From contig JBDRQF010000053.1 in assembly GCA_043826435.1 (NCBI GenBank), forward strand, positions 896 to 64,895: DNA of 64,000 bases, in the 5' to 3' direction. The translations under genes and the position numbers were made by a program. Source of the DNA: Elusimicrobiota bacterium (GTDB lineage: Bacteria; Elusimicrobiota; Endomicrobiia; CG1-02-37-114; JAHJSO01). Shown here one piece after another: positions 55,843 through 64,000 of the stretch (position 1 is its first letter; each line of letters opens with the position of its first letter). The notes beneath the pieces were generated by a model that was given only the letters and a program-made list of their open reading frames with translations, did no database searches and was not told the origin of the DNA.

Positions 55843-55990
55843 ATTGCGAGGAGCATCAGCGGTTGCGAGGCGAAGCCGAAGCAAACCCCTTGTCTTATGT
55901 GTGCAACTTCATCCGTATATCTGCACATCCCTCATGCTAAATATTGCGCATGCTGTTTGAGATTGCCACGCCCTTCGGGCTCGCAATGAC
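55843..55990. repeat. MITE-like element bounded by inverted termini TGTCATTGCGAGG ... CTCGCAATGACA (about 148 bp)
   Basis: The 5' end matches the forward units at 6.2 kb. The 3' end 'GAGATTGCCACGCCCTTCGGGCTCGCAATGACA' is identical to 6305-6338. Confidence 0.8.
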
Positions 55991-55995
55991 ACCTT

Positions 55996-56694
55996 TCAGT
56001 GAATAGTTACCCCGCCTCTCATTATGATGTCCCTGCTTTCGTTGCCGCAGTTAAACAATAAGTCAATGGCTGACATAAACGGTAAAAATGTTCCGAAGCA
56101 TTGCCTGTATTCAGGGTGGACGAATTTCTGGTAAACCAGTTTTATGCCGTTTTTTTCAAACAGACCCTCGTCCATGTAATTCATCCCGCCTGCGCCGGAG
56201 AGGTACGTATCTGCCCCAAAATTTTTGCAGATGTCTATTATCCTTTGAGTACTTGTGGTTTCCAGGTTCAATCCGGAACTGAAATGCACCGGCGTTTTTA
56301 TGTCAAAACACCCCGTTAAATATCTTACCGTTTCAACGTTTAAGTCCATAAGGGTTGTCCATTTTTTATTCAAGAGTTCCGAAAAAAAGCCATGGTGCCC
56401 GGTGAAGAAAGGGGCGGCTGCATAAGAGTGCTCAATCGTTTTTATGTGGTCATTTGCCCAGCCCGCATCGTTGTCTATTTCCACCTCTGCGATTTTTTGC
56501 ATATATCTGGATTTGGACACAATAGGGACCGTGAGCCAGAGCCAGCCGTTCCTCGTTTTTATCTTATTGCGGTTCTGGAATTCTCTTTTCTTATACTGGA
56601 CGTCGTCAAGAAAAACAAAAACGTCGCTCTTTGCAATTTTATGAAAATACCCCAACCATGGCATGTATTGCGGCTGATGTACGGAAAGGATCAT
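55996..56694 (-). CDS. wbqC: WbqC-family protein (glycan-biosynthesis associated)
   Basis: 'ILSVHQPQYMPWLGYFHKIAKSDVFVFLDDVQY...EFQNRNKI' is the WbqC signature. Confidence 0.65.
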   Translation of the reverse strand: MILSVHQPQYMPWLGYFHKIAKSDVFVFLDDVQYKKREFQNRNKIKTRNGWLWLTVPIVSKSRYMQKIAEVEIDNDAGWANDHIKTIEHSYAAAPFFTGHHGFFSELLNKKWTTLMDLNVETVRYLTGCFDIKTPVHFSSGLNLETTSTQRIIDICKNFGADTYLSGAGGMNYMDEGLFEKNGIKLVYQKFVHPEYRQCFGTFLPFMSAIDLLFNCGNESRDIIMRGGVTIH

Positions 56695-56695
56695 C

Positions 56696-58147
56696 TCATT
56701 TCATTATACCAAAAAAAAGAGGGTTTGTCACTACCCTGCTGTTATTTTCCGCTTTTACTTCCACCCTGCAGTAATTTTTGCCCCGCAGGATGCCTGAATG
56801 CTTTTGCATGTCAACCTCAATGGCCGCGGGGAGTCGTTTTTTAAGGGTTTCCACGACTATGCCGTTCAGCACTATCTTTATTTCGGCATTGTGTTTGCCT
56901 GTGTCGTCCGCATCAACCACAAATCTTAGCGAAGGATAGGTAGCCGTTTGCAATTCCCCGCCCATTGTCGCCGATACCCCTTTTGACCCCGGCCTGCCGG
57001 GGCCGGGGGACGAATAAATTTCAATCTCTCTTAGAAATACCTGCCAGTCGTCCGGTCGCCATTTGCATACAACGTAAAACCTGCCGGTCCTGATAGCGTC
57101 CAAAACCTCTTCCCGGTTTAGTGAATTAACGAACAGTATGTTCCTGGCCATGTTCATGTAGGTGCCGTTATAGCCGTCGGAGATATAGTCCAGTTCGCCG
57201 AACGCCCACACGGGTTTTTTCCTTTTGTTCTCCTGGTATTCGTTTAATACCCTGTCCCACAGTCCACCCGGAACGCCGACGATATCGTCCCCTTCCCAGA
57301 AGTAGGCAAAGCCGGTGTAGTTTCGCGTTTTCACCAATGAATCGGGGTATGGTTTTGTCCGGACTTTCACGCCGTTTAACTCAGTCGCATTTTCATAATT
57401 CCGCGCCTCGGGGTGCGCCCAGAAGACGATTCCTTTCTGCGAAACCACATAGTCAATGAGCGACTGGTATGGCCCCTCGCCCCCGTCTTTGTATTGACTG
57501 AAATCCGGGGATTTGAATGGAAAGTTATTGACGATAAACACCGCTGAAATCAACAGCACAAAAACCGCGGGGACGGGGCGTTTTTTAACCAGTAGCATGC
57601 CCAATAATAGCGTCGCAACCGGCCAGAGAAGAATTATCCTGAATTTTTCAGCGCCCCTGTTGCCGAGGACAGGCAGGTTTTTAAACTGTTCCGGGTCATC
57701 AAGCCCGGTTACGACCAGGTGTTTGTGGGCATTGTTCAGCGTAAACTCCTTTGTGAACGGCGAGCCGCTCCAGTAGTAATGCGGGGTGGACTCAAAGCCA
57801 GGCATGATTATTATGTCCGGATATTTTTCTTGTAAACGTTTTATCTCGTTTAAATATTTTTCATAGCCGATCTGGAAAATGGAATTTTTCGCGTGCGACC
57901 TCTTCAGTATGTTGCTCAAAGGACGGACGCCGTATTCAGCCATGACAATGTCGTGGTCAGTGAGGATTATAACGTCAATCTTTTCTTTCCGCGCCAGGAG
58001 GACCAGTTCTTCAAGGGAGTGTCTTCCGGATGAACTGAAGGTTGAGTGGATGTGGACAATGCATGAGACCTGCCGGTATGCATGCGGCTCCACGGGGGCG
58101 ATACAGGACGCCAGAATACACAATACGAAGCCCTTAAATATTTTCAT
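56696..58147 (-). CDS. PHP-domain metal-dependent phosphoesterase with a signal peptide and an internal TM segment
   Basis: Probable start 'MKIFKGFVLCILASC'. 'IVHIHSTFSSSGRHSLEELVLLARKEKIDVIILTDHD' is the PHP N-terminal motif. Confidence 0.5.
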   Translation of the reverse strand: MKIFKGFVLCILASCIAPVEPHAYRQVSCIVHIHSTFSSSGRHSLEELVLLARKEKIDVIILTDHDIVMAEYGVRPLSNILKRSHAKNSIFQIGYEKYLNEIKRLQEKYPDIIIMPGFESTPHYYWSGSPFTKEFTLNNAHKHLVVTGLDDPEQFKNLPVLGNRGAEKFRIILLWPVATLLLGMLLVKKRPVPAVFVLLISAVFIVNNFPFKSPDFSQYKDGGEGPYQSLIDYVVSQKGIVFWAHPEARNYENATELNGVKVRTKPYPDSLVKTRNYTGFAYFWEGDDIVGVPGGLWDRVLNEYQENKRKKPVWAFGELDYISDGYNGTYMNMARNILFVNSLNREEVLDAIRTGRFYVVCKWRPDDWQVFLREIEIYSSPGPGRPGSKGVSATMGGELQTATYPSLRFVVDADDTGKHNAEIKIVLNGIVVETLKKRLPAAIEVDMQKHSGILRGKNYCRVEVKAENNSRVVTNPLFFGIMK

Positions 58148-60275
58148 AGATGCGTTCAAGCAGATAAACCGTCCTCTCAATTCCGAATTCCGGCAAGCCG
58201 TCCGCCATCTTATTGATTTTCCTTTTTGCATTTTCGCCGAGTATTTTTGCCAGGTGGGGTTTTTCAATCAGCGTTATCACCGCCGAGGCGATTCCATCCG
58301 CGTCTGCAGGGGGGACAAGCAGCCCGGTTTTGCCGTCCTGAACAATGTCGGGGATGCCCTGCACCCTGGTGGCGACGACCGGTTTTGAGAATGTCTGTGC
58401 AAACAACAGCGTTTTCCCCATACCCTCGTTCTTAGAGGGCTGGATGTATATGTCCATAACCGCAAGAAAAGGGAATACGTCGTCCTGCATCCCGGTAAGT
58501 ATAAAGTCGTTTTCCATATCCTGCCTTTTAATCCTGCCCTCCAGGGCAGCCCTTTCCTCCCCGTCGCCGACAATCAGAAAAACAACCTTTTGCCGGTTAA
58601 CCTGCATCTTTTCCTTTATTATTTTTGCCGCTTTAACGAAGTATTTAACTCCTTTTACGGGAGCCAGCCGGGCGATTGTCCCTATGACAACTGCCCCTTC
58701 GGGAATTTTTAGTTTAGCCCGTAGCCCGCCCGCATCGTCCCGGTATGCTTTTATTTTTGATTCATCGGGATAGAGAATCCCGGCGGGTATTATTTCCCAC
58801 TGCCCTGCCTTGCCGACGCCGAAGCCGGTTGACTCGTTTTTTTCCCCGTCCGTAAGGGCTATAAGACGGTGCGTGAGCCGGGCGGTTAACCGTTCAATAA
58901 GAGTAAAAAATGCCGTTTTCAGTCCGCCGAAATAACCGTAGAAAACATGACCGTGTGGAGAATGTATAACTTTCATATCGCGGCATCCATCTTCCGTTAG
59001 CCGTGCAAGATAACCCGCCCACCGGCCTAAAATCCCGGCTTTGGAAGAATGCGTGTGTACAATATCGGGTTTTTCCGCCCTGATAAGGGCAAGTATTTTC
59101 CAGAAGGCGGCAATGTCTTTCACCGGCGATATTTTCCGCACAAGTTCGTTTATGCAGAATGTCTTTTCCGGCAGGTTGCCGTCGGGGGGCATGTCTCCGG
59201 AATACCCGTGGACGACGATCGTTTCAAATTTATCCCGGTTGATTCTTTCACACACGAGCAACAGGTTTTCGGAAGAGCCGCCCCTGTCAAGACGAGTTAT
59301 AATCTGCATTATCCTTTTCTTTTTACCGGGTGGACGGGCGGATGGGGGACAAACGGACGGTTTACGGGCGGACGCAATAAGCGAGGGCGCCAGGAGTATC
59401 CTGCCGTGCGTGAGGGAGCGGACAGTTTCAGCCGAGAAGTACATAAAGATTTTTGAAAGCGCCACAAACCATCTACCCAGGAACCTGCTTGTTTTATAGG
59501 GGTCACCAGACGTCGCGGGAGAGTTCAGGATTTTAATTTTTTCAAAGCGCACCAGCGTCAATAGTGTTTTCAGGGAGTTTGCGTCAAACCCGAAATTGTG
59601 AAGCACGGAAGGGTAAAGTCCGGCCTTTTCCAGTATGGGCGATAATTTTTCAACGAATACATGAAAATTTACGTTATGGAAACGGATAAACAAAAAGCCG
59701 CCGGGTTTTAATAGACGGTAAATCTCCCTTAAATCAGCCGCGGGGTCCTGCAGGTATTCCAGCGCTCCCCACATTGCTACGCAATCATAATGGCCGGAAG
59801 GAAGGTTTAACTCACGCACAGGTTTGTCATGTACCCTGATGCCATACGTATTTTGCGCAAACTCAGTTGCCTTTTTTGATAATTCTATGCCCTCAACTTC
59901 TTTCCAGCCGGAGTCCTTCGCCATTTTCAGGAAATATCCATGGCCGCAGCCGATATCCAGCAGATAGCCCTTCTCAGCGACATTCCGTTCTATAATCCCA
60001 AGCCCCCTGTTGAAAAGACGGGTTTTTGAACCAAGCCACACGTCCTCTTTGTCTTCCTGCGACGGTAACTCGGCGAAATACTCCGCTATTTGATTCGCCG
60101 GAGGGAGGATGCTTTTGAACGTCAGCCCGCAGTTCTTGCAACGGAGATATTCGCGGCCCGGCGTTTTAAGTGCAACCGTAATTTTTTCCAAACCGCAGAC
60201 GTTACACTTGCTTAATTTCATATAAGATGTTTTCAACCCCGTCCGTAAATTTTTCCCAGGAATATCTTTGTTCAA
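58134..60275 (-). CDS. Fusion protein: N-terminal zinc-ribbon class I SAM methyltransferase plus C-terminal GT4 glycosyltransferase
   Basis: 'CNVCGLEK...CKNCGLTF'. 'LLDIGCGHGYF'. 'VAMWGALEYL'. GT4 region 'EGMGKTLLFAQTFSKPVVATRVQGIPDIV'. Confidence 0.65.
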   Translation of the reverse strand: MNKDIPGKNLRTGLKTSYMKLSKCNVCGLEKITVALKTPGREYLRCKNCGLTFKSILPPANQIAEYFAELPSQEDKEDVWLGSKTRLFNRGLGIIERNVAEKGYLLDIGCGHGYFLKMAKDSGWKEVEGIELSKKATEFAQNTYGIRVHDKPVRELNLPSGHYDCVAMWGALEYLQDPAADLREIYRLLKPGGFLFIRFHNVNFHVFVEKLSPILEKAGLYPSVLHNFGFDANSLKTLLTLVRFEKIKILNSPATSGDPYKTSRFLGRWFVALSKIFMYFSAETVRSLTHGRILLAPSLIASARKPSVCPPSARPPGKKKRIMQIITRLDRGGSSENLLLVCERINRDKFETIVVHGYSGDMPPDGNLPEKTFCINELVRKISPVKDIAAFWKILALIRAEKPDIVHTHSSKAGILGRWAGYLARLTEDGCRDMKVIHSPHGHVFYGYFGGLKTAFFTLIERLTARLTHRLIALTDGEKNESTGFGVGKAGQWEIIPAGILYPDESKIKAYRDDAGGLRAKLKIPEGAVVIGTIARLAPVKGVKYFVKAAKIIKEKMQVNRQKVVFLIVGDGEERAALEGRIKRQDMENDFILTGMQDDVFPFLAVMDIYIQPSKNEGMGKTLLFAQTFSKPVVATRVQGIPDIVQDGKTGLLVPPADADGIASAVITLIEKPHLAKILGENAKRKINKMADGLPEFGIERTVYLLERIYENI

Positions 60276-61410
60276 CGAATCCCCTGCACGTCTGTCTGAT
60301 AATTTCAGGGTCTGAATTTTTGTTCCTGTTGATAAAGTCCCTTATGCCGGTATATATGTGATGATTTTCAGTCCCGTTAAAAATAAGGCGTTTATCAAGC
60401 GGGGCAAGGACTTCGGGTATTGCCCCGACGGGCGTCCCCATCACGGGTGTTCCGCATGCAAGCGACTCAAGTATGACGAGCCCGAAGCCCTCCAGGGATT
60501 TCGTGGGCAGGACAAACAGGTCGGCCGCGCGATAGTATGCCGGAAGTTTTTCCTGCGGGATAAACCCCGTAAAACGAACGGACTTTTCAATTTTTAAATC
60601 ACCCGCCATTTTTTTCAGTTTTGTTTCAAGGTCTCCCCGGCCGCCTATGACGAGAAAAATGATATCCGGAAACTCCGAATAAAGTTTTTGCATTGCCAGG
60701 AGAAGGTTTTCAAGCCCCATCCTTGATTTAAGGTTCCGGACGGTCAGGAGCAGAAATTTATCCTGTGGCAAATTGAGCCCCTTCCTTATTTCCATTTTTT
60801 CGTTTTGCGAATGAGGCGGGTTGAATTTTTTCAGGTCTATGCCGCCCGGGATTAAACGCACCTTGCTGTCAGGCGGGCAGTACAACTCCTTTAGTTTTGA
60901 TTTGATGTAATCGCTCAAAACGACTACGGCATCGGCAGTTGAAACTGCAATTTTCTCCATCAACCGGCGCAATAGGACGCCTGCGGCATGCGTGATAAAT
61001 GGCGTTCTTTTGCCGGAACATTTTAACAGGTACTCTTCAGGCCAGGGTGAATAGAAAAAATGTACGTGCGGTATTTTTTTACGGAACAACCATGGCATTA
61101 ACCCTGATGCTGAGAACGGCTGGTGCGTAAGGAGGACATCAACCGGTTTTTCTTTATTTATCTGCCTGAAATACAGGGAGGATGAAAAAATGTTCCTGCC
61201 GAATCTCCACACAGGGATCCCGTCAATTTCTTCTTTCCTCTTTAACCCTTTTGCACCGCAGGTCAGGACGTTTATTGTGTGTCCTCTTTTTGCAAGTCGT
61301 TTGGCAGTTTCCCACATAGCGGTTGCAGCCCCGCCTTCACCGTCGGCAGGGACGGCATCCGAAGTTATCAGGATATTAAACCTTCCGGCTGGTTTTTGTT
61401 TTTCGTTCAT
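60202..61410 (-). CDS. GT4-family glycosyltransferase
   Basis: 'EGFGLVILESLACGTPVMGT'. Confidence 0.7.
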   Translation of the reverse strand: MNEKQKPAGRFNILITSDAVPADGEGGAATAMWETAKRLAKRGHTINVLTCGAKGLKRKEEIDGIPVWRFGRNIFSSSLYFRQINKEKPVDVLLTHQPFSASGLMPWLFRKKIPHVHFFYSPWPEEYLLKCSGKRTPFITHAAGVLLRRLMEKIAVSTADAVVVLSDYIKSKLKELYCPPDSKVRLIPGGIDLKKFNPPHSQNEKMEIRKGLNLPQDKFLLLTVRNLKSRMGLENLLLAMQKLYSEFPDIIFLVIGGRGDLETKLKKMAGDLKIEKSVRFTGFIPQEKLPAYYRAADLFVLPTKSLEGFGLVILESLACGTPVMGTPVGAIPEVLAPLDKRLIFNGTENHHIYTGIRDFINRNKNSDPEIIRQTCRGFVEQRYSWEKFTDGVENILYEIKQV

Positions 61411-62510
61411 TCCGATAGAACCCCGAGTATTTTCTGCGTCATCCTTTCAGGGGTGTATAGCCCTGCCCTTTCAATGCCTTTCCGACGCACTGTTTGCCTG
61501 AGCCCGTTATCCGCAAGGATTTGTTGTAGCCGGTCTCTTATGTCCTGTGTATTATACGGGTCAAAATACATGCAGGCATCTCCTAATATCTCAGGCATTG
61601 AAGATGTGTTTGAACTTACAACAGGGCATCCGCATGCCATCGCTTCAAGCGGGGGCAGTCCGAACCCCTCGTAGAGCGAGGGGAAAACGAACAAATCTGC
61701 GGCTGAATAAAGAGATGGGACGTCCTCTTCCTGCACGTAACCCGGGAAGACAATTTTGCCGGCACCTGCAACTGTCCCTGCTGTGGTTGTCCCGTTTCCC
61801 CCGGCAAGCACCAGTGAATATTCATCCTTGATGTTATCAGGCAGATGTTTGTATGCATCTGCCAGCCGCGATAAATTTTTGTGCGGGGAAAAGTTTCCAA
61901 GGTAAAGTATAAATTTTCCCTGCAGTTTGTATTTTGACCTTATCTTTTCTATTTCATCCGGGCTCGCCGGTTTAATGTTTTTATTGACAGAAAGGTATGC
62001 GACCTCAATTTTTTCAGGCGACAGTTTGAGTTTTGAAATCAGATCCTTTTTGCTGTTTTCCGAACATGTCAGGACCTTTTTCGCTTTCTTTCCCGCGGTA
62101 GATATGAAATTTTTTAAATAAATGTTATAGAGATATTTCCCGCTGTAGGGTTGAGTAATTAAATAGGTTGTATCAAACATGGAGATTACTGCCGGAATTT
62201 TCAGGAATAATGGCATTTTATAGTATGGCGAGAAAAAGACATCACATCCGCTCCGGCTCATTGCATTCTTTAATTTTACTTGGTCCCACCAGAGCGTACA
62301 TTTTTCCGGTATTATTATTTTTTTGAATGATTTGTTGTTCAAAAAATTATATTCAAAACAAGTATGGTTGTTGCCGAAAAGGACAAAGGTATTACCGCTG
62401 CCCGAAGGGGAAAGAGAAATCCCTGTAAGGAGATTAAACAGCATCCGGCCTATGCCCGTCATGTTTCCCGTAAGTTCCCTTGCATCAATTCCTACGTTCA
62501 TCGCTATCAT
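61407..62510 (-). CDS. GT4-family glycosyltransferase. The probable start is at 'MIAMNVGIDARELTG', and the ORF-track N-terminal 92 aa are likely untranslated.
   Basis: 'EGFGLPPLEAMACGCPVVSS'. The family-typical N-terminus begins at the internal Met. The upstream 5' region overlaps a divergent promoter. Confidence 0.6.
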   Translation of the reverse strand: MIAMNVGIDARELTGNMTGIGRMLFNLLTGISLSPSGSGNTFVLFGNNHTCFEYNFLNNKSFKKIIIPEKCTLWWDQVKLKNAMSRSGCDVFFSPYYKMPLFLKIPAVISMFDTTYLITQPYSGKYLYNIYLKNFISTAGKKAKKVLTCSENSKKDLISKLKLSPEKIEVAYLSVNKNIKPASPDEIEKIRSKYKLQGKFILYLGNFSPHKNLSRLADAYKHLPDNIKDEYSLVLAGGNGTTTAGTVAGAGKIVFPGYVQEEDVPSLYSAADLFVFPSLYEGFGLPPLEAMACGCPVVSSNTSSMPEILGDACMYFDPYNTQDIRDRLQQILADNGLRQTVRRKGIERAGLYTPERMTQKILGVLSE

Positions 62511-62569
62511 TATCTCAAAAAAAACGGGTTTTGTCAAGGAATTTCCGGTGGCGATGCGACAACAATCTA

Positions 62570-62598
62570 TTGACAAAAGGCAAAAATTGAAGTATAAT
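62570..62598 (+). promoter_or_regulatory. Perfect sigma70 consensus promoter TTGACA-17 nt-TATAAT upstream of the PilX-like gene
   Basis: TTGACA at 62570-62575, 17-nt spacer, TATAAT at 62593-62598. About 72 nt of leader containing the hairpin CGGGGA-(10 nt)-TCCCCG. GAGGTG sits 7 nt before the ATG at 62677. Confidence 0.55.
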
Positions 62599-62676
62599 AT
62601 TATCGGGAAACGCAGAGATTTTTGCCGGGTGTCGGGGAGACGCCGGGTTCCCCGTAGGGACGACTGAGGTGCAAGA

Positions 62677-64000
62677 ATGATTGCCAATATGAAACTTACC
62701 GGTAAAAGGCAGGCATTTAATAAAGGCCAGGCAATGGTCCTGGTGATAATAATACTGCTGTTTTTTCTGGTAATGGCGGAACTCATTGTGTTTCAATTGC
62801 GTAACGAGAGTATATGGACAGTCAAGGAAAAAAAGGAAGTCCTTGCGTTTAATGTCACCGATTCAGGACAGGAACGCGCCTACTGGAAGATTACGGAGAC
62901 GACGGACGGATGGGATAAACTTATTATTGATGCCGCATTCCCATCGGGTTTTGACGGTAATACGGTTTACACGGTGGAGGGGAGGGGCAGGTACAAGATT
63001 CATCTTTCTACGGGTAAGTCGGGGGATGATGACATTGTTGTAGTCAGGACGGCCGGAGAGGACATAGACAGCAGGCAGGCCCGCGGCATAAAGGTTATAT
63101 ATAAACGCTCGGGACTACCCCAGTCGGCAATAAACGTAAGGGGAGGGCTGGGTGTAACCGGGAATGTGAGGATTCACTGGGGCTGTATCGTGAGTAAATC
63201 CGGGGATATAAACCTTACAGGTAACGCCAATAAGTGGTGGCCAAGGAAGTTTGCAGGGCTTGGGTATCTGGTTTCTCCGAGGGATGCAAGTGCAACAGAC
63301 ACCCCGCACATCGGCCCTGACAAACCCAGGAATGACAATCCGGATATTTTGTTGGAAGATGAATACAAGGAATGGTCTTCAAACGGTTACCGTGAAGCGG
63401 AGACGGTAGAGGTAGGCCTGTCAACATATGCTGCCAGAGCACAAACATACGGGCCACCACCAGGGATAACAACAAACGGGGCAGGTACCTGCACCGGAGC
63501 ATATTTTGAGGGCTATACCACTGTCTCCTTTCCCAACAACTATCTTGACACCCGTTCTACTGCGTGTTATTACATTAAAGACGCAGATGTTAGTTTTCCC
63601 GCGAATGCATCCATTACGGCATTGGACAATGCTGCCGGAGCAGTTAGCGACATTGTTTTCATTGTAGAAAATGGTGATTTAGACCTACCTCAAAACCCCC
63701 CGGCAGGTAGCCCCGGTAAAACCAATTATACTGTCCGGGTTCCAACAACCTGCTGGAAAGAATATCAAACAGAAGCATCGGGGTTGTCACCCTATGGCGG
63801 ACTCGGTCGTGGAGATACCGCCGCTATAAACGAATATCCCGGTGACCAGGGATACAGGACGTCCGGCGGGACTTTTGACCTGAACAACGTTATATTCCAC
63901 GGTTTGTTGTATGTTGGCGGTGACTTGGGGCAACAAGGGGGCGGCACCAAGAATATGGTAGGCGTGGTAATTGTTAAGGGGGGGGTTAATGATAATGGAA
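62677..64000 (+). CDS. Large PilX-N-like (type IV pilus minor-pilin/pseudopilin-like) protein, 3' end cut by the window edge. It is not in the ORF track because no stop occurs before the window end.
   Basis: Hand translation gives 'MIANMKLTGKRQAFNKGQAMVLVIIILLFFLVMAELIVFQL...'. This is a short charged N-region then a hydrophobic helix, as in PilX N-terminal domains. The frame stays open for 441 or more codons. Confidence 0.45.
   Translation, partial: MIANMKLTGKRQAFNKGQAMVLVIIILLFFLVMAELIVFQLRNESIWTVKEKKEVLAFNVTDSGQERAYWKITETTDGWDKLIIDAAFPSGFDGNTVYTVEGRGRYKIHLSTGKSGDDDIVVVRTAGEDIDSRQARGIKVIYKRSGLPQSAINVRGGLGVTGNVRIHWGCIVSKSGDINLTGNANKWWPRKFAGLGYLVSPRDASATDTPHIGPDKPRNDNPDILLEDEYKEWSSNGYREAETVEVGLSTYAARAQTYGPPPGITTNGAGTCTGAYFEGYTTVSFPNNYLDTRSTACYYIKDADVSFPANASITALDNAAGAVSDIVFIVENGDLDLPQNPPAGSPGKTNYTVRVPTTCWKEYQTEASGLSPYGGLGRGDTAAINEYPGDQGYRTSGGTFDLNNVIFHGLLYVGGDLGQQGGGTKNMVGVVIVKGGVNDNG

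Noticed and set aside
62786-63043. 85-aa plus-strand ORF 'MCFNCVTRVYGQ...'
   Set aside because: It overlaps the longer continuously open frame starting at 62677, which has a strong promoter, a Shine-Dalgarno site and a pilin-like N-terminus. The basic Arg-rich composition suggests a shadow frame.
1-64000. tRNA and rRNA genes
   Set aside because: No GTTCGAATC-type T-arm motif or cloverleaf-sized GC-rich block was seen in any intergenic region, and no rRNA-like stretch is present.

Overview
This 64 kb window comes from an uncultured bacterium, probably an anaerobe. It is dominated by cell-surface and glycan-biosynthesis genes. Three giant secreted repeat proteins each end in a type-IX-secretion-style C-terminal sorting domain with a 'YPNP' motif. 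Each is followed immediately by a PorV/PorQ-family-like outer-membrane beta-barrel gene. The three cargo/barrel modules lie at about 0.02-10.4 kb, 20.3-25.9 kb and 32.6-36.9 kb, the last one inverted. An accessory island at 10.4-16.6 kb lies between the first module and a tandem pair of GT39-like glycosyltransferases with TPR repeats. The island carries a frameshifted AlbA_2/HATPase_c regulator flanked by 32-bp direct repeats, a DinD/Bro-N protein, an NTP_transf_5 nucleotidyltransferase, an ABC-ATPase remnant, a decayed IS3-family element and a HEPN/MNT toxin-antitoxin pair. At 26-32 kb there is Wza/Wzc-type polysaccharide export, NfnAB-like (SudAB) oxidoreductase genes and a stand-alone HNH nuclease. 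A roughly 24 kb Wzx/Wzy-type glycan locus fills 37.4-62.8 kb. It has many GT4/GT2 glycosyltransferases, four SAM methyltransferases, a GT4-kinase fusion, a methyltransferase-GT4 fusion, a WecA-like initiating transferase, a PIG-L deacetylase, WbqC, an ExeA-like ATPase and a DUF2062/TIGR03545-like pair. A PilX-like gene at the 3' edge is absent from the ORF track because its frame runs off the window without a stop. A palindromic MITE-like repeat family with TGTCATTGCGAG termini sits at four sites, and one site lies exactly at the junction that splits the first giant gene. Two perfect sigma70 consensus promoters (TTGACA-17-TATAAT) are present. No tRNA, rRNA or CRISPR arrays were seen.
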